NCBI GenBank assembly: GCA_037444445.1
Contig: JBBIMK010000012.1
Location: 35,908-57,363, forward strand
Direction of reading: 5' to 3'
Origin: a bacterium
Lineage (GTDB): Bacteria; UBP7; UBA6624; JBBIMK01
DNA: 21,456 nt
Below, in pieces: positions 15,533-21,456 of the stretch (position 1 is the stretch's first letter; every line of letters starts with the position of its first letter). The position numbers and the translations under genes are program-made. The notes under the pieces were generated by a model that worked only from the letters and a program-made list of their open reading frames with translations, searched no databases and was not told where the DNA came from.

Positions 15533-15561
15533 AGTGTAGCATACCCTGCAAAAATCGTCAA
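15533..15561 (-). promoter_or_regulatory. Sigma70-type promoter driving the candidate structured RNA
   Basis: Minus strand reads TTGACG (15561-15556), a 17-nt spacer, then TACACT (15538-15533). The closing helix of the RNA starts 9 nt downstream of the -10. Confidence 0.5.
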
Positions 15562-15755
15562 GAGTTTTTCCACATCGGCTCAAAATGTATTGGCCCCCCT
15601 GGTTTCATGCCATCCGTCATTCTGCCCGAGAACGCAGTCTGTCCGTGTCATTCACCGAAAAAAATACGAGAAATCAGGCACTCACTTTGAAGAGAGAGAA
15701 AGACGATAAAAATCTGAGTATAATTCTTTATGGCAACGGGAGGGAGGATATAAAG

Positions 15756-16892
15756 ATGAGAAAACGCATTTTTTTTACGGGGTGGATGGTGGGTATCCTG
15801 CTTTTTGCGTTGTCGGGTGCGGGAAACAGGGGCGGGAAAGGGAAACCTGCTCCTCATCTTCTGTTTCCGGGTGAGGGGAAGTTTATGAAGAATTTGAAGC
15901 AGTTGACCTTTGAGGGGTGGAATGCGGAGGCGTATTTTTCACCCGACGGGCGGTGGCTGACCTTCCAGAGCACCCGCCCGCCTTACACCGCCGACCAGAT
16001 TTTCTTCATCCGCCCCGATGGCTCTCAACTTCACCTCGTTAGCACCGGAAAGGGAAGAACCACCTGCTCCTATTTCTTCCCGAATATGGAAAGAATTCTT
16101 TACTCTTCCACGCATTTGTATGGCGATGAGCCCCCGAAGCCACCCCCAAATCCCATCCAGCGTTACGCCTGGCCTGTATTTCCGGAATACGAGATTTTCA
16201 CTGCCGACCGGGATGGGAAAAATCTCCAGAGGCTGACCGACAACTGGGGGTATGATGCGGAAGGAGTCGTGGACTGGAATACGGGGCGTATTGTGTTCAC
16301 CTCTTACCGCGACGGGGATTTAGACCTTTACCTGATGGATGCCGACGGCTCCCACCTCCAGAGGCTTACGGAAGAGGTGGGTTACGAGGGGGGCGCCTTC
16401 TTCTCCCGCGATGGCAAGCGAATCCTCTACCGGGCGTATCACCCCAGAACGCCAGAAGAAATAAAACAGTATCAAGACCTGCTCCAGCAGAATCTCATCA
16501 GTCCACCCTGGATGGAAATTTTCGTGGCAGAACTGAACCCGGACGGGAGCCTTGCGGGCAAGCCCCGACAACTCACGGCCCTGGGCGGCATCAGTTTTGC
16601 CCCCTATTTCCTCCCCGATGACCGGGGTGTAATCTTCACTTCCAATTACGAGGACCCGAAGGGGAGAAACTTTGAATTGTATGTGGTGGACGGCGAGGGG
16701 AAAAATCTTCAGCGAATCACCTTTTATGACGGCTTTGATTCCTTTCCCTACTTTTCGCCGGATGGCAGAAAACTGGTGTGGTCATCCAGCCGGGGCTCAC
16801 CACCGGGCAAGCACGAAATCAACCTGTTCATCGCCGACTGGATAGGGCCCGGGCGGGTTCCTGCAAGAAAAATTCCCACTTTCCAGCCGTAA
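15756..16892 (+). CDS. TolB-like periplasmic or secreted PD40 (WD40-like) beta-propeller repeat protein
   Basis: Signal peptide MRKRIFFTGWMVGILLFALSGAG. Repeated PD40 signatures: YFSPDGRWLTFQS, IFTADRDGKNLQRLT, DLYLMDADGSHLQRLT, FFSRDGKRILY, ELYVVDGEGKNLQRIT and YFSPDGRKLVWSS. The start is moved to ATG 15756, behind SD GGGAGGGAGG (15738-15747). The listed upstream 57 codons have no signal or SD. Confidence 0.85.
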   Translation: MRKRIFFTGWMVGILLFALSGAGNRGGKGKPAPHLLFPGEGKFMKNLKQLTFEGWNAEAYFSPDGRWLTFQSTRPPYTADQIFFIRPDGSQLHLVSTGKGRTTCSYFFPNMERILYSSTHLYGDEPPKPPPNPIQRYAWPVFPEYEIFTADRDGKNLQRLTDNWGYDAEGVVDWNTGRIVFTSYRDGDLDLYLMDADGSHLQRLTEEVGYEGGAFFSRDGKRILYRAYHPRTPEEIKQYQDLLQQNLISPPWMEIFVAELNPDGSLAGKPRQLTALGGISFAPYFLPDDRGVIFTSNYEDPKGRNFELYVVDGEGKNLQRITFYDGFDSFPYFSPDGRKLVWSSSRGSPPGKHEINLFIADWIGPGRVPARKIPTFQP

Positions 16893-16948
16893 ATCTGAGA
16901 CAAAAGCATCGCTAAATCCCTGATGTTGAATAAAATTGTTTAGATAAC

Positions 16949-16977
16949 TTGACAAAATTTTTGTAGTATGGTAGTAT
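16949..16977 (+). promoter_or_regulatory. Sigma70-type promoter of the dnaK operon, with a 13-bp palindrome in the spacer
   Basis: TTGACA (16949-16954), a 17-nt spacer, then TAGTAT (16972-16977). The perfect 6+1+6 palindrome ACAAAA-T-TTTTGT (16952-16964) overlaps the -35 and spacer. GTAGTAT is directly repeated at 16963-69 and 16971-77. Confidence 0.55.
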
Positions 16978-17003
16978 CCTTATGGTGGTCAGGCAGAATG
17001 ACG

Positions 17004-17050
17004 CTGAAAATCCCAAATTTTTCAGCCCCTCCAGGGGGATACCCCGGAGG
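17004..17050 (+). promoter_or_regulatory. Two stem-loops in the dnaK 5' UTR
   Basis: Hairpin A: CTGAAAA (17004-10) / TTTTCAG (17019-25). Hairpin B: CCTCC (17028-32) / GGAGG (17046-50), plus GGGG (17034-37) / CCCC (17042-45) around a GATA loop. The CCUCC strand is also complementary to the true SD, AGGAGG, at 17073-17078. Confidence 0.35.
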
Positions 17051-17088
17051 TATGCGCAGAGAAAAAAATTTCAGGAGGTGTGTGATTT

Positions 17089-18939
17089 ATGCCAGCACGC
17101 TCAAGAGTGGTGGGCATTGATTTAGGCACCACCAACTCTGTTTTAGCCATCATTGAAGGGGGTGAGCCCGTTGTGGTCCCCAATTCTGAGGGGAGCCGGC
17201 TGACTCCCTCTGTCGTTTCCTTCACCAAAGAAGGAGAGAGAATTGTCGGGGAGCCGGCAAAGCGTCAAGCGGTTCTGAACCCCGACAGAACTATCCGCTC
17301 CATCAAGCGGAAGATGGGGCAGGATTATCGCATTCGCATTGATGACAAGGAGTACACCCCGCAGGAGATTTCCGCTCTTATCCTCCAGAAGATGAAGATG
17401 GATGCGGAGGCATATCTGGGGGAGAAGATAGAGAAGGCGGTGATCACCACTCCCGCTTATTTCAACAACGCCCAGCGGCAGGCGACGAAGGATGCGGGGC
17501 GGATAGCGGGGCTGGATGTGATTCGGATTATCAACGAGCCCACCGCCGCCGCACTGGCATACGGTCTGGACAAAACCGGCGACCAGAGAATCGCTGTGTT
17601 TGACCTCGGCGGCGGAACCTTTGACATCTCCATCCTGGAGATCGGCGAAGGCGTCTTTGAAGTGAAAGCCACCAACGGTGATACACAACTCGGCGGGGAT
17701 GATATGGACCAGGCCATTATCAACTGGATGGTGGATAACTTCAAGAAGGCTTACGGCATTGACCTTTCCAGGGACCGGCAAGCCCTTCAGCGTCTTCGGG
17801 ATGCGGCGGAGAAAGCGAAGATTGAACTCTCCACCGTGGCTGAAACCCAGATTAGCCTGCCGTTCATTACCGCCGATGCCTCCGGTCCCAAGCATCTGGA
17901 TATGAAACTCACCCGGGCCCAGTTTGAGAAACTCATCTCCGGTCTGCTGGACCGCATCGTCCGACCCTGCCAGATTGCCATGGAGGATGCAAAAGTATCG
18001 CCCGAGGAGATTGACAAAGTGATTTTAGTGGGCGGGGCTACACGCGTTCCCATTGTTCAGGAGAAGGTTAGAGAAATCTTTCACAAGGAGCCGACGAAGG
18101 GGGTAAATCCGGATGAGGCGGTGGCTATCGGAGCTGCCATTCAGGCTGGAGTCCTGTCCGGAGAAATGAAAGAGGTGGTTCTCCTGGATGTAACCCCCCT
18201 CACCCTTGGCGTGGAAGTTCTGGGCGGTATCGTGGCGAAGCTCATCCCCCGCAACACCACCATCCCCACCAAGAAGAGTGAGATTTTTTCCACCGCCTCC
18301 GACAATCAAACCACGGTGGAAATTCATATCACCCAGGGTGAGCGGGAGATGGCGAAGGACAATATCTCACTGGGGCGTTTCCACCTGATGGGCATCCCGC
18401 CAGCCCCCCGGGGAGTCCCCCAGATTGAGGTCACCTTTGAGATTGATTCTAACGGCATCCTCAATGTAACTGCAAAAGACCTGGGCACTGGAAAAAGCCA
18501 GAGCATCACCGTCACAGGCTCTACCAACCTTCGCGAAGAGGACATCAAGAAAATGGTGCGGGAGGCAGAACTGCACGCGGAGGAGGATAAGAAGAAGCGC
18601 ACCGAAGCGGAACAGCGAAACGCCCTGGATTCCCTGATATACAATTCCGAAAAACTCCTGACAGAGCACGGTAGCAAGGTTCCAGAGGCGGATGCTGGCG
18701 CCCTCCGCGAAGCGATACAGAGGGGAAGGGAAGCATTGAATAAGGGCGAACCGGAGGGGATTCGGCGTGCCATAGAAGAGATTACATCCGCCAGCCACCG
18801 CATATCCCAGGTGATTTACCAGAGCGCCACAGCGGGAAGAGCTTCGTCAGGCGGGTCCGGCACCCAGGCAGGTCCTTCCACACCCCCTCCACCCGGAGGG
18901 GAAGTGGTAGACGCCGAGTATGAGGGGGGTAAGGAATGA
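17089..18939 (+). CDS. dnaK: Molecular chaperone DnaK (Hsp70)
   Basis: [33 protein letters not shown] and the full substrate-binding and lid domains are present. SD AGGAGG is 10 nt upstream of the ATG. Confidence 0.98.
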   Translation: MPARSRVVGIDLGTTNSVLAIIEGGEPVVVPNSEGSRLTPSVVSFTKEGERIVGEPAKRQAVLNPDRTIRSIKRKMGQDYRIRIDDKEYTPQEISALILQKMKMDAEAYLGEKIEKAVITTPAYFNNAQRQATKDAGRIAGLDVIRIINEPTAAALAYGLDKTGDQRIAVFDLGGGTFDISILEIGEGVFEVKATNGDTQLGGDDMDQAIINWMVDNFKKAYGIDLSRDRQALQRLRDAAEKAKIELSTVAETQISLPFITADASGPKHLDMKLTRAQFEKLISGLLDRIVRPCQIAMEDAKVSPEEIDKVILVGGATRVPIVQEKVREIFHKEPTKGVNPDEAVAIGAAIQAGVLSGEMKEVVLLDVTPLTLGVEVLGGIVAKLIPRNTTIPTKKSEIFSTASDNQTTVEIHITQGEREMAKDNISLGRFHLMGIPPAPRGVPQIEVTFEIDSNGILNVTAKDLGTGKSQSITVTGSTNLREEDIKKMVREAELHAEEDKKKRTEAEQRNALDSLIYNSEKLLTEHGSKVPEADAGALREAIQRGREALNKGEPEGIRRAIEEITSASHRISQVIYQSATAGRASSGGSGTQAGPSTPPPPGGEVVDAEYEGGKE

Positions 18940-19517
18940 TGAACGCCCCGGAATCCCTCTCCACTGGGGCCCCGGCAGGGCGTTTTCGGAATAACCGCCG
19001 AACCTTTACTCAAGCCCAAAAGGAGATTGCCTCCCTCCAGTCTGCACTGGCTCAGGTGTCAGCCGAGCGAGATACTGCCCTTTCCTCCCTCCAGCAGGAG
19101 CGGAATGCCTTTTATACTTACCGGAAGAGGATGGAGAACGAGAAGGAGATTTCAAAAGAAGTCGGGCAGGCGAAACTCCTCCTCTCCATCCTGCCCACAC
19201 TGGATGACCTGGAGCGGGCGATTTTTCATGCCGAGGTCTCCAGCTCCCCCAACCCTTCCACCCTGATGGAGGGTCTACGCCTCACCTACGAGAATCTGAT
19301 GCGCACCCTCTCCAACCTCGGTTTAGAAACCATCCCTGCCGCCGGCGAAATGTATGACCCCAACCTCCACGAAGCGGTAGATAAACTGGAAACAGCAGAG
19401 TATCCCGAGGGACAAATCCTGGAAGAGATTCAGAAAGGCTACCGATTTAAGGGCGTTCTTCTGAGGCCTGCAAGAGTTCGGGTCGCCACCGCACCCTCCA
19501 GGGCCCCGGCTGTATGA
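18936..19517 (+). CDS. grpE: Nucleotide exchange factor GrpE
   Basis: An N-terminal coiled coil, then [35 protein letters not shown] and [16 protein letters not shown]. Its ATG overlaps the dnaK stop (ATGATGA). ATG 18939 is an alternative start. Confidence 0.93.
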   Translation: MMNAPESLSTGAPAGRFRNNRRTFTQAQKEIASLQSALAQVSAERDTALSSLQQERNAFYTYRKRMENEKEISKEVGQAKLLLSILPTLDDLERAIFHAEVSSSPNPSTLMEGLRLTYENLMRTLSNLGLETIPAAGEMYDPNLHEAVDKLETAEYPEGQILEEIQKGYRFKGVLLRPARVRVATAPSRAPAV

Positions 19518-19615
19518 AAAGATGAAGCACTCAGGACGGGTAGAAGGATGATGGGGCCTGCCAGACGGGTAATCGGGGGCACTTCGCCCTCCGGGTTGCC
19601 TTACAGGGAGTGAAG

Positions 19616-20731
19616 ATGGAAGAGTTTGAGGACTATTACCAGATTTTGGGCGTTCCGAAAACCGCCACGGAGAAGGAGATTAAGAAAGCCTATCGGCACC
19701 TGGCTCGGAAGTATCATCCCGATGTGAATCCGGGCGATAAGCAGGCGGAGGAGAAGTTTAAGAAAATCAATGAAGCCTACGAGGTTTTAAGCGATGCGGA
19801 GAAGCGAGCCCGGTATGACCGCTACGGGCCTGCTGCCTTCAGGAAAGGGGTCGCCACACCGGGACCTGGCTTTGACTTCTCCGAGTTCGGATTTGACTTT
19901 GGGCCCGGCTTCTTTGATGACCTGTTTGAATCCATCTTCGGCACCCGAACCCGAAGTCGGACCGCGGAAGCGGGGGGAACCCGTCGTGGCGAAGACCTGG
20001 TTTATCAAGTCACTTTAGACCTGAAGGATGCTTTCCATGGTCTGGAAACCACCGTTGAGATTCAGCGTCTGGAACATTGCTCCCGATGCCACGGGAGCGG
20101 GGTGGACCCCCACTCCGCACCCGTCACCTGCCCTGCCTGCCAGGGAAGGGGGCAGGTGGCTTACCATAGCGGGCTTCTACGGATGATTCAGACCTGCCGG
20201 ACCTGCGGCGGTGCCGGGAAAACTGGCATTCAGCGATGCAGAGCCTGCGACGGGAACGGCAGGGTTCCTCAAATGGAGCACCTGAAAGTGAAAATCCCGC
20301 CCGGCGTGGATACGGGCACCCGGCTCCGCATTGCGGGGAAGGGAAATGCCGGAAGGAGAGGGGGGCATCCGGGTGATTTGTTCGTCGTCACCCAGGTTCG
20401 GGAACATCCCTTCTTCCATCGGGAAGAGGCGAACCTGAGTGCGAAAATCCCTGTTACTGTTGTGGAGGCAGCTCTCGGCGCTCGTATCACTCTCCCCTCT
20501 TTAGACGGAACCATCGTGGTGAAACTCCCACCCGGCATCCAGAACGGTGCCACCCTCCGGATTAGAGGGAAGGGAATGCCCCACATCGGCTCGGAAGCCC
20601 GCGGCGACCTCATCCTCCATATCTTCCTCGTCACGCCTACTAACCTCTCCCCCCAGGCAGAACAACTCCTCCGCGAGTTTGAGAAAATTCATCCAGAATA
20701 CCCCAGGGCAAACCTTCAATATGGCAGGTGA
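19616..20731 (+). CDS. dnaJ: Co-chaperone DnaJ (type I: J domain, G/F region, four CxxCxGxG zinc motifs, C-terminal domains)
   Basis: DYYQILGV...[19 protein letters not shown] (HPD). A G/F-rich stretch. [24 protein letters not shown] and [11 protein letters not shown] 19616 is preferred over the listed GTG 19610 because AGGGAG (19605-19610) is then 5 nt upstream. Confidence 0.95.
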   Translation: MEEFEDYYQILGVPKTATEKEIKKAYRHLARKYHPDVNPGDKQAEEKFKKINEAYEVLSDAEKRARYDRYGPAAFRKGVATPGPGFDFSEFGFDFGPGFFDDLFESIFGTRTRSRTAEAGGTRRGEDLVYQVTLDLKDAFHGLETTVEIQRLEHCSRCHGSGVDPHSAPVTCPACQGRGQVAYHSGLLRMIQTCRTCGGAGKTGIQRCRACDGNGRVPQMEHLKVKIPPGVDTGTRLRIAGKGNAGRRGGHPGDLFVVTQVREHPFFHREEANLSAKIPVTVVEAALGARITLPSLDGTIVVKLPPGIQNGATLRIRGKGMPHIGSEARGDLILHIFLVTPTNLSPQAEQLLREFEKIHPEYPRANLQYGR

Positions 20732-20764
20732 AATCAGGTTCTCAGGTAAGGTGAAGGTGAAATA

Positions 20765-21160
20765 GTGGCAGAAGAAGAGAAAAGAGACAGGGATAAACCC
20801 TTATATACCATTGGAGTCATTGCGGAGATGTTGAAGGTTCACCCTCAAACTCTCCGCGTCTACGAACGAGAGGGGCTGGTGAAACCGAAACGCACCTCCC
20901 GGAATACCCGTTTGTATTCTGACAACGATGTGGAGCGACTCAAACTGATTCTAAACCTCACAGACGATTTAGGTGTGAACCTCGCTGGCGTAGAAATCAT
21001 CCTGAATCTCCGGGAAAAAATTGAACGAATGCGCCGGGATATGCAGAAATTTATGGAGCAGTTCCACACCGCCGTATCCCAGCGGGTAGAAATGGCGGAC
21101 TACTGGAAGGACGATGCCATCATCCCAGTCTCCAGAACCCACATCGTGAAAAAGGAATGA
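20765..21160 (+). CDS. hspR: MerR-family heat-shock transcriptional repressor HspR
   Basis: The HTH region YTIGVIAEMLKVHPQTLRVYEREGLVKPKRTSRNTRLYSDNDVERLKLILNLTDDLGVNLAGVEIIL closely follows the HspR pattern. It lies immediately after dnaJ, as in the dnaK-grpE-dnaJ-hspR operons of actinobacteria. GTG start behind AAGGTGA. Confidence 0.85.
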   Translation: MAEEEKRDRDKPLYTIGVIAEMLKVHPQTLRVYEREGLVKPKRTSRNTRLYSDNDVERLKLILNLTDDLGVNLAGVEIILNLREKIERMRRDMQKFMEQFHTAVSQRVEMADYWKDDAIIPVSRTHIVKKE

Positions 21161-21221
21161 GGGGAAATGTTGGAACCTCAGGTGCATTTCGCATATACCA
21201 TTCTAACAGGGGGTGATACTT

Positions 21222-21446
21222 ATGCCCATCTTTGATTACCAGTGCACACAATGCGGGCAAGTGATAGAAGTGATTATTCTCTCGTCGGAGAAGCCCCCGG
21301 AAACCTGCTCCCGATGCGGTGGGAAGATGAAAAAACTCATTCCCACCTCTTTTGGAATCGCCTTTAAAGGACCGGGCTTCTACTCCACCGACCGGCGAAA
21401 ATCCTCTTCCCGCCACAAATCCGAGCCCTCCGAGAAACACGATTAG
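21222..21446 (+). CDS. FmdB-family putative regulatory zinc-ribbon protein (CxxC...CxxC)
   Basis: MPIFDYQCTQCGQ....ETCSRCGGKMKKLI followed by GPGFYSTD is the TIGR02605-type signature. ATG 21222 lies behind AGGGGGTG (21207-21214). Stop is TAG at 21444-21446. Confidence 0.8.
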   Translation: MPIFDYQCTQCGQVIEVIILSSEKPPETCSRCGGKMKKLIPTSFGIAFKGPGFYSTDRRKSSSRHKSEPSEKHD

Positions 21447-21456
21447 CAGTGGAGGG

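Noticed and set aside
15240-15709. Plus-strand ORFs 15240-15539 (99 aa) and 15407-15709 (100 aa) covering the structured-RNA region
   Set aside because: Arg/Pro/Gly/Cys-rich translations without SD or motif. The region is better explained by dense base-pairing and the minus-strand promoter and U-tract.
17143-17895. 250-aa ORF antisense to dnaK
   Set aside because: Long antisense ORFs within hsp70 genes are a known compositional artefact. No SD, no recognisable motif, and it overlaps the most conserved part of dnaK.
1-21456. Searched by eye for CRISPR arrays, IS elements, transposases, integrases, reverse transcriptase / DGR repeats, rRNA, tRNA and toxin-antitoxin pairs
   Set aside because: No regularly spaced direct repeats and no recombinase-like or RT-like translations in the ORF track. 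No T-loop or anticodon-arm patterns. The only dispersed repeat found is the 16-nt motif reported above.

Overview
This window looks like an ordinary chromosomal, mostly housekeeping segment of a moderately GC-rich bacterium that I cannot identify. I saw no rRNA, tRNA, CRISPR array, transposase or integrase.

Gene order:
- 3' part of a secreted Ig/FN3/beta-propeller protein (+)
- glmU (-)
- a 1399-aa multidomain lipoprotein (-)
- uvrB (-)
- a 75-aa hypothetical (+)
- an orphan phage gp6-like head-tail connector homologue (+)
- a GYD-domain protein (+)
- a MOT2-like anion transporter (+)
- a 244-aa hypothetical, a PiT phosphate transporter and its DUF47/PhoU-like partner (all -)
- a TolB-like PD40 beta-propeller protein (+)
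- a dnaK-grpE-dnaJ-hspR operon followed by an FmdB-type zinc-ribbon gene (+)

I found no convincing novel multi-gene system. The most interesting signals are non-coding:
1. A self-contained unit of about 235 nt on the minus strand (15287-15561). It has a near-consensus promoter, a 19-bp closing helix, at least five internal helices and a U8 tract. It lies just upstream of, and co-oriented with, the DUF47/PiT phosphate-transport operon. It could be an unclassified structured sRNA or a cis-regulatory leader.
2. A 16-nt motif, TTTGGTGCCTGACCCC, present three times. One copy is part of a terminator. Two inverted copies form a 16-bp stem closing a 138-nt element in the leader of the orphan phage-like gene.

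All product calls rest on reading motifs in the supplied translations by eye. No database search was possible.
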